Shown: positions 34,468 through 43,482 of the stretch, one piece after another
How the letters are laid out: every line of letters begins with the position of its first letter
Numbering within the stretch: the first letter of the stretch is position 1
Assembly: GCA_964638135.1 (NCBI GenBank)
Contig: CAZXAR010000002.1
Span: 1 to 57,564 of the forward strand
Source: an uncultured Enterobacteriaceae bacterium
GTDB taxonomy: Bacteria > Pseudomonadota > Gammaproteobacteria > Burkholderiales > SG8-39
DNA: 57,564 nt
Direction: 5' to 3'
Translations under genes and position numbers: made by a program
Notes under the pieces: generated by a model
What the model was told of the DNA's origin: nothing
Databases searched by the model: none
What the model saw: the letters and a program-made list of their open reading frames with translations, nothing else

Positions 34468-35517
34468 ATGACGAAAGCGCAAACCATCCTCGCCGTCGAC
34501 GACACCCCGCTCAACCTGCGCGTGCTTGCGGGAATTCTCGAACCGCACTATCGGGTCCTGACCGCGTCCAGCGGCGCGCGGGCGCTGGAGATTGCAGGCT
34601 CCGACCGCCCCGATCTCGCGCTGCTCGACGTGATGATGCCGGCGATGGACGGCTTCGAAGTCTGCCAGCGGCTCAAGGCCGATCCCCGAACGCGCGCCGT
34701 TCCGGTGATCTTCGTGACTTCGCTGGGCGAAGTCGAAGACGAACAGCGCGGATTCGACCTGGGCGCCGTCGATTACGTGCTCAAGCCGGTGCGCGCGCCG
34801 ATCGTGCTGGCCCGGGTCCGCGCGCACCTCGCTCTTGCGAACCAGAACCTCGAACTCGAGCGCAAGGTCGCCGAGCGCACCGCGGAACTGAACGAAACCC
34901 GGCTGGAGATCATCCGCCGTCTCGGCCGCGCCGCGGAGTACAAGGATAACGAGACCGGCATGCATGTCGTGCGCATGAGCTGCTACGCGCGCGCCGTCGC
35001 GCGCGCCGCCGGCCTGCCCGCCGGGCACGCCGAAACCATCCTGCACGCGGCGCCGATGCACGACATCGGCAAGATCGGAATTCCCGACCGAATCCTGCTC
35101 AAACCGGGGGCACTCGACGACGACGAATGGAGAATCATGAAACGCCACCCCCAGATCGGCGCCGGCATCCTGGGCCGGCATCGCTCGCCGCTGCTCGAGA
35201 TGGCTCGCGTGGTGGCGCTCACGCACCACGAGAAATGGGACGGCAGCGGCTACCCGCGCGGGCGGCGTGGCGAGGACATTCCCATCGAAGGTCGCATCGT
35301 CGCGCTCGCCGATGTGTTCGACGCGCTCACGACCGAACGTCCGTACAAGAAAGCCTGGCCGGTCGAAAAGGCGCTCGAACTGATCCGGCGCGAGCGCGGT
35401 GGGCACTTCGACCCGTCGCTCGTCGCCGCCTTTTTCAGCGCGCTCCCGGAGATTCTTCGGATCCGCGAGCAGTATGGCGAGGACGGCTCCGAATTCGTGG
35501 CACGAAAGATGGCCTAG
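34468..35517 (+). CDS. Response regulator with HD-GYP domain (RpfG-type c-di-GMP phosphodiesterase)
   Basis: AAGGAG RBS. REC domain (ILAVDDT...LLDVMMPAMDG...LKP). HD-GYP motifs HDIGKIGIP and HHEKWDGSGYP. Confidence 0.85.
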   Translation: MTKAQTILAVDDTPLNLRVLAGILEPHYRVLTASSGARALEIAGSDRPDLALLDVMMPAMDGFEVCQRLKADPRTRAVPVIFVTSLGEVEDEQRGFDLGAVDYVLKPVRAPIVLARVRAHLALANQNLELERKVAERTAELNETRLEIIRRLGRAAEYKDNETGMHVVRMSCYARAVARAAGLPAGHAETILHAAPMHDIGKIGIPDRILLKPGALDDDEWRIMKRHPQIGAGILGRHRSPLLEMARVVALTHHEKWDGSGYPRGRRGEDIPIEGRIVALADVFDALTTERPYKKAWPVEKALELIRRERGGHFDPSLVAAFFSALPEILRIREQYGEDGSEFVARKMA

Positions 35518-37262
35518 GGTCGTGGGCCTCGGGCCCGCCTAGCGCCCCCGCCGATCAGCCGGCGAAGTTCGGACAAGGGGCGGCAATTGAGCACGTCTTT
35601 CTTTTCCAGCCAGCCGCGGCGCGCCTGGCCGATGCCGTGTTCGAGCACGTCGAACCCCTCCGCCGCATGGGCGTCCGAGTTGATGCTCACGAGAGCACCT
35701 TCGTCCTTCGCCATCCGGCAGTGCACGTCGGTGAGATCGAGCCGGTGCGGATGCGCGTTGAGTTCGAGGGCAACGCCCTGCGCGCGTGCCTTGCGGATCA
35801 CGGCCTGCATGTCCACTTCGTACGGTTCGCGCGCGCCGATCAGCCGCCCCGAGGGGTGCGCGAGCAGGCGCACGTGCGGGTTCTCGAGCGCGCGCAGGAC
35901 GCGCTCCGTCTGGCGCGCGCGCGGCAGATTGAACCTGCTGTGTACCGCGGCGACCACGAGATCGAGCTTCGCAAGAATCGAGTCGGGCAGATCGAGCGCG
36001 CCATCGTCGAGGATATCGACCTCGATCCCTTTGAGCAGGGTGATGCCCTGCAGCTCGCCGTTGAGACGGTCGATCTCGTCCGCCTGCTTGGCGAGCCGCG
36101 CGGCGTCGAGCCCGTGCACCATTGCCTGGCGCTGCGAGTGGTCGGTGATCGCGAGGTACTGCAGCTTGCGCGCCTTGGCGGCAAGCGCCATCTCGCGCAC
36201 GCTGGCGCGGCCATCAGTCGCCTTGGTATGCGCATGCAGATCGCCCCGCAGATCGGCTCGCTCCACCAGCCGCGGCAGCTCGTCCCGGCGCGCCGCCTCG
36301 ATCTCGCCCCGGTCCTCGCGCAATTCGGGCGGGATCCATGGCAGCTTCACGCTGGCGTATACCGATTCCTCGCTCGTGCCCGCGATTCGCTTGCCGCCAC
36401 GAAACACGCCGTATTCATTGACCTTGAGCCCCGCATCCTGCGCCAGCCGCCGGATCGCGATGTTGTGGGCCTTGGCGCCGGTGAAGTAATGGAGCGCGGC
36501 GCCGAGACTCTCGGGCGGCACGACGCGCAGGTCTGCCTGAATGCCGGAGGCAAGGCGCACGCTCGCCTTGGTCGGCCCGCTCGCGATCACTTCCTTCACC
36601 TCGGCGTAGCCCGCAAAGCGCGCGATCACAGGCTCGGCGCGCGATGCGGTGGCAAGAAAGTCCAGGTCGCCGACGGTTTCCTTGCGCCGCCGGTAGCTGC
36701 CAGCAATGACTACTTCTTCCACGCCGGGCGTGCGGCGCAGGTACTGGGCGTACGGTTCCGCATACTGCGCGGCCACCGCAAGTTGGAAGCGTTGCACCTT
36801 GCTCAGGTGCGCCGACACCGCCGCCAGCACTTTTGCCTCGCTCTTTTCGCCGAAGCCGGGCAGCGCCCGAAGCCGCCCCTCGCGCGCAACGCGCTGCAAG
36901 TCGGCAAGCGAGCCGACCTTCAGCGCATCGTAAAGTGCGCGCACCCGCGTGGGTCCCAGTCCCGGAAGCTTGAGCAGCTCGGTGATGCCCGCGGGCATTT
37001 CCCGGCGCAGTTTCTCGAGCAATGCGCAGGTGCCGCGCGCCGCGACTTCGCGGATCTTTGCCGAAAGATCCGCGCCGATGCCAGGAAGCTTGGGCAGTTC
37101 CTCCCCCTCGGCAAGCTTTGCCGCGACGTCGATGCGGAGTTCCAGCAGAATGCGCGCCGCATTGCGATAGGCGCGAATCCGGAACGGGTTCGCGCTCTGC
37201 AACTCGAGCCGGTCGGCGATCTCGTCGAACGCCGCCGCGATGTCGGCATTGTGCACGGGCAT
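35514..37262 (-). CDS. polX: Family X DNA polymerase with C-terminal PHP domain (PolX)
   Basis: HhH motifs (LPGIGADLSAKI; LPGLGPTRV), nucleotidyltransferase motif GSYRRRKETVGDLDFL, and PHP motifs DLHAHTKATDG and INSDAH. Confidence 0.85.
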   Translation of the reverse strand: MPVHNADIAAAFDEIADRLELQSANPFRIRAYRNAARILLELRIDVAAKLAEGEELPKLPGIGADLSAKIREVAARGTCALLEKLRREMPAGITELLKLPGLGPTRVRALYDALKVGSLADLQRVAREGRLRALPGFGEKSEAKVLAAVSAHLSKVQRFQLAVAAQYAEPYAQYLRRTPGVEEVVIAGSYRRRKETVGDLDFLATASRAEPVIARFAGYAEVKEVIASGPTKASVRLASGIQADLRVVPPESLGAALHYFTGAKAHNIAIRRLAQDAGLKVNEYGVFRGGKRIAGTSEESVYASVKLPWIPPELREDRGEIEAARRDELPRLVERADLRGDLHAHTKATDGRASVREMALAAKARKLQYLAITDHSQRQAMVHGLDAARLAKQADEIDRLNGELQGITLLKGIEVDILDDGALDLPDSILAKLDLVVAAVHSRFNLPRARQTERVLRALENPHVRLLAHPSGRLIGAREPYEVDMQAVIRKARAQGVALELNAHPHRLDLTDVHCRMAKDEGALVSINSDAHAAEGFDVLEHGIGQARRGWLEKKDVLNCRPLSELRRLIGGGARRARGPRP

Positions 37263-37453
37263 TTTTCACCCCGCTGCGGCTGCCTCAGACATTCCCCGGC
37301 CCCTTCCCTGTCGGGGAATTCTAGCGCCTGTCGCATGGAAGTCAGCCGATCGCGGGCGACGGCGCACGCAGTTGACGGGGATCAAGCGGGCTCGGCTGCC
37401 AAGTGCTAGGCTGCGCTTGCATACGCATCCCGCAAGAATGGGATCGGCTCGTC

Positions 37454-37777
37454 GTGCAAGTCCCGCTCCAGATCACCTACCACGGCATTCCCCGCTCGGA
37501 GGCGCTCGACGCGCGCATTCGCGACAAGGCTGAGAAGCTCGAAGAGTTCCACCCCCGGATCACGAGCTGCCGGGTTGTCGTCGAGGAGCGCGACCGGCAC
37601 CATCACCAGGGCAGGCAGTTCACCGTGAGCATCGATGCGCGCGTGCCCGGCCGCGAGGTCTTTCCGCCTTTCGAGCGGCTCGCCGTGGGCACGGCGGTGC
37701 AGTTCATCGAGGACCTCGCGAGCGAAGGCCGGCAGGCGAAGCGGGTGAGCGCGGGCAAGCACGCGGGGCCCGGCTGA
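37454..37777 (+). CDS. HPF/RaiA-like ribosome-associated protein (short form; C-terminal half divergent)
   Basis: MQVPLQITYHGIPRSEALDARIRDKAEKLEEFHPRITSCRVVVEERDRHHHQGRQF resembles the short HPF/RaiA family. The start was set at the in-frame GTG 37454. Confidence 0.5.
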   Translation: MQVPLQITYHGIPRSEALDARIRDKAEKLEEFHPRITSCRVVVEERDRHHHQGRQFTVSIDARVPGREVFPPFERLAVGTAVQFIEDLASEGRQAKRVSAGKHAGPG

Positions 37778-37816
37778 GCTTCGGTTTGCATTACTGCGAG
37801 CCCTGAAGGAGCCGCG

Positions 37817-38470
37817 TTGATCTTCCGCGACCGCCTCGATGCAGCGCGGCACCTCGCGAAAGCGCTCGCGCAGTACCGCGGCAGGAATCCCCTGGTGCTC
37901 GCGATTCCGCGCGGCGCGGTGCCGATGGGAAGGGTGCTTGCCGATGCCCTCGAAGGCGAGCTGGACGTGGTCCTGGTGAGAAAACTGCGCGCTCCCGGAA
38001 GCCCTGAATTTGCGGTCGGGGCGATCGACGAAAGCGGCTGGGCCTATGTGGCCGATTACGCTGCCGAGGCAGGCGCCGACGAAGCGTATCTCGCGCGCGA
38101 GAAGCAGATCCAGCTGGAGACCTTGCGCCGCCGCCGCGCGCAGTACACGCCGGCGCGAGCGCCGGCCGATCCCGCAGGGCGAATCGCGATCGTGATCGAT
38201 GACGGCCTCGCCACCGGCGCAACGATGATCGCGGCGCTGCATGCGGTGCGCGCGAAGAAGCCGGCGCGCCTGATCTGCGCCGTCCCGGTCGCCGCCGCCG
38301 ACAGCCTCGCAATCGTCTCCCCGCACGCCGACGAAGTCGTGTGCCTGGAAACGCCGGCCCGCTTCCACGCCGTCGGCCAGTTCTACCGCGATTTCCACCA
38401 GGTCGAGGACGACGAGGTGGCGGCGCTGCTCGCGCCAGGCGAGCACATTCGCGCCGGCCGCGCGGGCTGA
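37817..38470 (+). CDS. Phosphoribosyltransferase family protein
   Basis: AAGGAG RBS followed by a TTG start. PRPP-binding loop IAIVIDDGLATGATM. Confidence 0.75.
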   Translation: MIFRDRLDAARHLAKALAQYRGRNPLVLAIPRGAVPMGRVLADALEGELDVVLVRKLRAPGSPEFAVGAIDESGWAYVADYAAEAGADEAYLAREKQIQLETLRRRRAQYTPARAPADPAGRIAIVIDDGLATGATMIAALHAVRAKKPARLICAVPVAAADSLAIVSPHADEVVCLETPARFHAVGQFYRDFHQVEDDEVAALLAPGEHIRAGRAG

Positions 38471-38506
38471 TGGCGCGCGCCGCGGGGGAGCGGAAGGAGT
38501 AACCGG

Positions 38507-41185
38507 CTGCGCATCACACGGGTCGGCGTCGACGAGGCGCTTGCGACTCTGAGAAGCGGCAAGGACGGGCTTTCCGCCGACGAAGCGAAGCGTCGCCTGG
38601 CCGAATACGGCTCGAACCGGCTCCAGGCGCTCGAGCGCGCCCCGCTCTGGCTTCGGTTCGGGCGCCACTTCACGCACTTTTTTGCTCTCATTCTGTGGGC
38701 CGCGGCCGCCCTGGCGTGGATCGCAGAATGGCGCATTCCCGGACAGGGAATGGGCGTGCTCGCGGCCGCCATCGTCGCAGTGATCGCGGTGAACGGTGCT
38801 TTCTCGTTCTGGCAGGAATATCGCGCCGAGCGCGCGATGGCTGCACTGCAGAAGCTGCTACCCCATCAGACGACCGTGCTGCGCGACGGCAACGCGATCC
38901 GGCTGGGTGTCGAGATGCTGGTGCCCGGGGACGTGATCCTGGTGGAGGAAGGCGAGGACGTACCTGCCGACTGCCGGCTGATCGAGGCGTACGGATTGCG
39001 GGCGAACCTTGCCACCGTGACCGGCGAGGCGCTGCCCGCGGAGCGCGTCGCCGAGACGACCGAGGAGGACCATCCGCTGCGCGCGCGAAACGTGCTCCTC
39101 GCGGGCACCGCCGTCGTCGCGGGCGAAGGACGCGCGGTGATCTACGCCACCGGCATGCGCACCGAGTTCGGACGCATCGCGCGCCTGGCGCAGGCCGTGG
39201 AGGAAGTCCGCACCCCGCTGCAGCGCGAGATCGCACGCGTGTCGCGCCTGGTGGCGGTTCTCGCGACCGGGCTCGGCGTCGCGTTCTTTGCCATCGGACA
39301 GATTCTCGGACTGCAATTCGGCGAAAGCTTCCTGTTCGGGGTCGGCATCATTGTCGCGAACGTGCCCGAAGGCCTGCTGCCCACGGTCACGCTCGCGCTG
39401 GCGATGGCCACGCAGCGCATGGCCGGGAGGAACGTCCTGGTGCGCCATCTGCCCGCTGTCGAGGCGCTCGGCTCGGCCACCGTGATCGTCACCGACAAGA
39501 CCGGCACGCTCACCGAGAACGCGATGCGCGCGAGCACCGCCGTGTTCGCTGGCGGGGCAGTAAAAATCGAGGCGATGCCTTCGTCGGAAGCGCGCGAGCA
39601 CGCCGCGTTCTTCGAAGTCGCTCGCCATTGTCACAGCCTCCACCCGGTGGCCGACCACGGCAACACGGTCCAGCTCGGTGATCCGATGGAAGCGGCGCTC
39701 GTCGCGATGGCCGAGCGCGCGGGATTGTGCGGGCCGCGGCTCGAGCGGATCGACGAGCTGCCGTTCGACGGCGGGCGCAAGCGCATGTCCACGCTGCATC
39801 GCTCCCCGCACGGCCGGATTCTTTACTGCAAGGGTGCGCTCGAGACGGTGCTGCCGCTCTGCGTGCTGGATGAGCGCGAGCGCCGGCGCTTCCTCGCCGC
39901 GGAGCGCGCCATCGCCGGGCGGGGAGAGCGTGTCCTCGCGCTCGCCTGGCGCGTCGTGCCGGAAGGGCTTGCGCGCGAGCGCTGGGAGGAGGATCTGGTG
40001 CTCGCGGGACTGGTCGGGCTCGAAGATCCGCCGCGGCCCGAAGTGCCGGCCGCGGTACGCACCTGCCGCGAGGCCGGCATCCGCGTGATCATGATCACCG
40101 GCGATCATCCGCGCACGGCGCTCGCGGTGGCACGCGCGATCGGCCTCGTGGGAGGAACCTCGCCGCGCGTCGTGACCGGCGAGGAGCTCGCACACCTTTC
40201 GGACACGCAGCTCCAGCTCGCGCTCGATGCGCCCGAAATCCTGTTCGCGCGCGCAAGCGCCGAGCAGAAGCTCCGGGTGGTCGAAGCACTGCGTTCCAAG
40301 GGCCACGTGGTGGCGGTGACCGGCGACGGGGTGAACGACGCCCCCGCGCTGCGCCGCGCGGACATCGGCGTCGCCATGGGCCGCGTCGGTACCGACGTCG
40401 CGCGCGAGTCGGCCGACATCGTGCTGCTCGACGACAACTTCGCCTCGATCGTGGCGGCGATCGAGGAAGGGCGCGCGGTGTACGAAAACATCCGCAAATT
40501 CCTCACTTACATTCTGACTTCCAACGTGCCGGAGATCGTGCCGTACCTCGCGTTCGTGCTGGCGCGCATTCCGCTTCCGCTCACCGTGATCCAGATCCTC
40601 GCGGTCGATCTGGGTACCGACATGGTGCCTGCGCTCGCGCTCGGCGCCGAGCGGCCGGCGCCCGGCGTGATGCAAAAGCCGCCGCGTGCGCGCGCCGAGC
40701 GGCTGCTCGCCTGGCCGCTGCTCGCGCGGGCCTATCTGTGGCTCGGGCCGCTCGAGGCCGTCGCAGCGATGGCGGCGTATTTCTTCGTGCTCTGGCGCGG
40801 CGGCTGGCAGTACGGCGAGCCGCTCGCGGCGAGCGAGCCGCTCTATCTCGAGGCGACCGCGGCGTGCCTGGCAGCGATCGTCGTGATGCAGGTGGTGAAC
40901 GTTTTCCTGTGCCGCGATCCCGAGCGCAGCGCGTTCGCCTTTGGACTCGGCACGAACCGGCTGCTTCTGGCCGGCGTCGGACTCGAGCTGGCGCTGATCG
41001 CCGCGATCCTGTACACGCCGCCCGGACAGGCGGTTTTCGGCACCACGCCGCTCGCTGCCGAAACCTGGCTTTTCATGCTGCCGTTCGCGGTTGCGATGCT
41101 CGCGCTCGAAGAGGCGCGCAAGTTCGCCGTGCGCCGCCGGCCCGCGATTGACCATGATCAAGAACGCCGCCCGCCGCTCCGCTAG
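38507..41185 (+). CDS. P-type cation-transporting ATPase (P2/IC-like); start codon non-canonical or uncertain
   Basis: DKTGTLT, MITGDHP, GDGVNDAPAL. The Cation_ATPase_N motif (GLSADEAKRRLAEYGSNRL) lies upstream of the first in-frame ATG/GTG/TTG (38750). An SD sequence GGAAGGAG (38492-38499) sits 7 nt before CTG 38507. Confidence 0.8.
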   Translation: MRITRVGVDEALATLRSGKDGLSADEAKRRLAEYGSNRLQALERAPLWLRFGRHFTHFFALILWAAAALAWIAEWRIPGQGMGVLAAAIVAVIAVNGAFSFWQEYRAERAMAALQKLLPHQTTVLRDGNAIRLGVEMLVPGDVILVEEGEDVPADCRLIEAYGLRANLATVTGEALPAERVAETTEEDHPLRARNVLLAGTAVVAGEGRAVIYATGMRTEFGRIARLAQAVEEVRTPLQREIARVSRLVAVLATGLGVAFFAIGQILGLQFGESFLFGVGIIVANVPEGLLPTVTLALAMATQRMAGRNVLVRHLPAVEALGSATVIVTDKTGTLTENAMRASTAVFAGGAVKIEAMPSSEAREHAAFFEVARHCHSLHPVADHGNTVQLGDPMEAALVAMAERAGLCGPRLERIDELPFDGGRKRMSTLHRSPHGRILYCKGALETVLPLCVLDERERRRFLAAERAIAGRGERVLALAWRVVPEGLARERWEEDLVLAGLVGLEDPPRPEVPAAVRTCREAGIRVIMITGDHPRTALAVARAIGLVGGTSPRVVTGEELAHLSDTQLQLALDAPEILFARASAEQKLRVVEALRSKGHVVAVTGDGVNDAPALRRADIGVAMGRVGTDVARESADIVLLDDNFASIVAAIEEGRAVYENIRKFLTYILTSNVPEIVPYLAFVLARIPLPLTVIQILAVDLGTDMVPALALGAERPAPGVMQKPPRARAERLLAWPLLARAYLWLGPLEAVAAMAAYFFVLWRGGWQYGEPLAASEPLYLEATAACLAAIVVMQVVNVFLCRDPERSAFAFGLGTNRLLLAGVGLELALIAAILYTPPGQAVFGTTPLAAETWLFMLPFAVAMLALEEARKFAVRRRPAIDHDQERRPPLR

Positions 41186-41195
41186 ATTTCCGCGC

Positions 41196-41588
41196 ATGAC
41201 GCTCACCCGCAGACAGATCGCGAAACTCGAGCGCGCGATCACCGCGCGGCGCAAGGCGCTGCTTGCCGAGATCGGCACCGATGTCGCCCGCGCGAGGGAT
41301 GAATCCTTCGGCGCGATTGCCGGACCGGTAGTCGATTCCGCGGACGAGGCCTTCGCGCACCTGCTCTCCGACCTGGACCACGCCGAGATCTCGCGCGACC
41401 TGAACGAAGCGCGCGAACTCGAAGCGGCCCAAGCGCGGCTCGAGGACGGCACCTTCGGGCGCTGCGCCGATTGCGGGCTCGAGATCGGGCTCGCACGCCT
41501 GCGGGCGAACCCGGCCGCGCTGCGCTGCGTCGAATGCCAGCGCATGCATGAAAAGACGTTTGCCCACCCGGGCGAGCCGAAGCTCTAG
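41196..41588 (+). CDS. DksA/TraR-family C4 zinc-finger protein
   Basis: Coiled-coil N-terminal region and CADCGLEIGLARLRANPAALRCVEC. Confidence 0.7.
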   Translation: MTLTRRQIAKLERAITARRKALLAEIGTDVARARDESFGAIAGPVVDSADEAFAHLLSDLDHAEISRDLNEARELEAAQARLEDGTFGRCADCGLEIGLARLRANPAALRCVECQRMHEKTFAHPGEPKL

Positions 41589-41597
41589 CCGCCTCTG

Positions 41598-42068
41598 CTA
41601 CGCGCGGTCCGAGGCCGACGTGCGCCGCTCGGCGGTCTCCTTCTTGTATTCGCGGGAAATCATCGTCGCAAGCCCCGACAGCTCCTCGGCAAGGAGCGTC
41701 ACGATGTCATCGGCCGAGACGATTCCGATCAGCTTCCCCTCTTTGTCCACTACCGGCAGCCGGCGAACGCCTTTCATGCGCATGACCGCCACCGTTTCGG
41801 CGACCCCCGCGCTTTCGCTCACTTCGATGACTTCCTTGGCCGCCACGTCGCCGGCCCGGATCACGTCCGGATCGAGGCCAAGCGCGGTCACCGCCACCGC
41901 GATGTCGCGATCGGTGAGCAGGCTGCAGGGCTTGCGCTCGCCGCCCTGCTCGTCCACGAGCACCACGCACCCGACGTGGTACTCGCGCATGAGCCGGGCG
42001 GCGGCCCGCACCGTGATGTCGCGCTTTGCGATCACGACCTCGCGGGTGCAGATCTCGCCGATCGGCAT
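41598..42068 (-). CDS. CBS-pair domain protein
   Basis: 156 aa with two CBS repeats (VVIAKRDITVRAAARLM...GCVVLVD; VIEVSESAGVAETVAVM...LPVVDKEGKLIGIVSADDIV). Confidence 0.75.
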   Translation of the reverse strand: MPIGEICTREVVIAKRDITVRAAARLMREYHVGCVVLVDEQGGERKPCSLLTDRDIAVAVTALGLDPDVIRAGDVAAKEVIEVSESAGVAETVAVMRMKGVRRLPVVDKEGKLIGIVSADDIVTLLAEELSGLATMISREYKKETAERRTSASDRA

Positions 42069-42076
42069 GACGATGG

Positions 42077-43354
42077 CTACGGCAGCTTCACCGCCTGGAT
42101 GTCGGCCTTGACACCGAACCCCAGCGTTTTCACGAACGAAACGTGGTGGCCGCGGGTCGTGATGTTGTCGTCGTGCGCCGCGAAGCCCACGTTGTAGACG
42201 CCGCCGTCCTTCAGCGCCTTGTCGTCGTCGTTCGCCAGGCCGAGCGGACGAACGATGACCACCGTCCACACCCCGTCCTTCCACGCGCCGGTTGCCTTGT
42301 TGTCGGCGGCCGAGCCGGTCGCGTCCGCGGGCTGCAGGTAGTAGCGCGGCAGCATGTCGCCCTCCTTCCACCCGGCATTCGGATCGAACGCAACCCCGTT
42401 CACACCCTTGATCAGGTAATTGTCCTTCTTGCCGACCTGATCGACGGTTACCGCGCGGGCGCCGAACTTGCCCGCGTCGAACATGTAGCGGGGCTGCTTC
42501 GTCTTGTCGTCCATGTTCGAAGCAAAGTGATTCTTGCCGGAGTCGAAGTTGCGAAATTCGAGCACGTAGCCGTCATCGGCTCCACCGACCGGATTGCTGC
42601 GATTGGCACGCCACTGGATGAGATCGGCAAAACCGCCTTCCGCCTTGACCTTGGCGATCTCCTCGGGCGACTTGGCAGTCCTCCAGTCCGACGGATTGCT
42701 GCGCGATGCCGGCAGGTACTTGCGGATGTCGTTCTTCTTGATCGCCTTCTGCGCATCTTCCTTCGAGGCGACCCCCGGCATGTCCCGCTCGCCGTCGTGG
42801 CAGGTAAGCCAGCAGCCCTGCTTCGCGAATCCGGGCACCTTGCCATCATCGATCATCAGCGACATGCGGTCTTCGTAGATTCCCGGCTGTTTTCCTTCCT
42901 GCACCACCTTGTCGAGCTTGGGGAAACCGTGGACTTTCCATTCCTTGCCGTCAAACCGGTAATACGGGTATTCGGTCCCCGCGGCCTTCCCGGCGGTCGG
43001 CCACTGCAGGCGGAAGTAGGCGTTCTTCGCGTCGTAGGCGACCTGCACCTTGAGATCGAGCGCGCCGGGCTTGCCCTTCACCGGCATCGGCTCGAGCGGC
43101 CCGCCCTTGACGATCTTGTCGCCCATCGCCTTTTCCTTGCCTGCGTGGCAGGCAGTGCACGCGACGTCGCCCTTTAACGCGCCGGCCCCCGGGTGCTTGT
43201 CGGAACGCAGCCATTCGTACGAAGACTGGCCCGGATAGAACAGGCCGATCGTCGTGACCGGGATCTTCGACCAATCGATGGCGGCGGGATCGGCTCCCCC
43301 CGCGGTACCGGCGACGAGCATACCCAGACCCAAGACCAGCGCAGACTTTTTCAT
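42077..43354 (-). CDS. Periplasmic heme protein, ethylbenzene-dehydrogenase-gamma (EB_dh/DOMON-like) family, with an added CxxCH
   Basis: Signal peptide, a single heme-c motif CTACH, and a C-terminal region (AYFRLQW, LIQWRANRSNP, GFAAHDD) reminiscent of EB_dh heme-binding domains. The family call is from memory. Confidence 0.5.
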   Translation of the reverse strand: MKKSALVLGLGMLVAGTAGGADPAAIDWSKIPVTTIGLFYPGQSSYEWLRSDKHPGAGALKGDVACTACHAGKEKAMGDKIVKGGPLEPMPVKGKPGALDLKVQVAYDAKNAYFRLQWPTAGKAAGTEYPYYRFDGKEWKVHGFPKLDKVVQEGKQPGIYEDRMSLMIDDGKVPGFAKQGCWLTCHDGERDMPGVASKEDAQKAIKKNDIRKYLPASRSNPSDWRTAKSPEEIAKVKAEGGFADLIQWRANRSNPVGGADDGYVLEFRNFDSGKNHFASNMDDKTKQPRYMFDAGKFGARAVTVDQVGKKDNYLIKGVNGVAFDPNAGWKEGDMLPRYYLQPADATGSAADNKATGAWKDGVWTVVIVRPLGLANDDDKALKDGGVYNVGFAAHDDNITTRGHHVSFVKTLGFGVKADIQAVKLP

Positions 43355-43482
43355 GACGCTCCTCTGGACACAGTTGTAATGGAATGCAACAGATTCTGGG
43401 GGGCGCCACGGCCGCCGTCTTGACGCAGGTCAGACCCCTTCCACTTTCCCGGGGGGAGATGCCGTTTCCAACTCCGGCCGGC

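Noticed and set aside
37407-37422. Sigma-54-like GG-N8-GC element (TAGGCTGCGCTTGCAT) upstream of the HPF-like gene
   Set aside because: The GG-to-GC spacing is 10 nt rather than the 12 nt required by the TGGCAC-N5-TTGC consensus, and it falls inside the possible 5' extension of the ORF.
38468-38509. TGA read-through producing a phosphoribosyltransferase-ATPase fusion protein
   Set aside because: The shared frame has a 1-in-3 chance of occurring. A good SD sequence lies between the genes, no recoding signal such as a SECIS-like hairpin is evident, and the 12 intervening codons look like linker noise. Independent initiation is more parsimonious.
43373-43390. Imperfect palindrome GTTGTAATGGAATGCAAC upstream of the heme-protein gene, considered as an FNR/CRP box
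   Set aside because: The TTG-N10-CAA spacing does not fit TTGAT-N4-ATCAA. It lies only about 20 nt from the ATG, next to the RBS. No supporting evidence.
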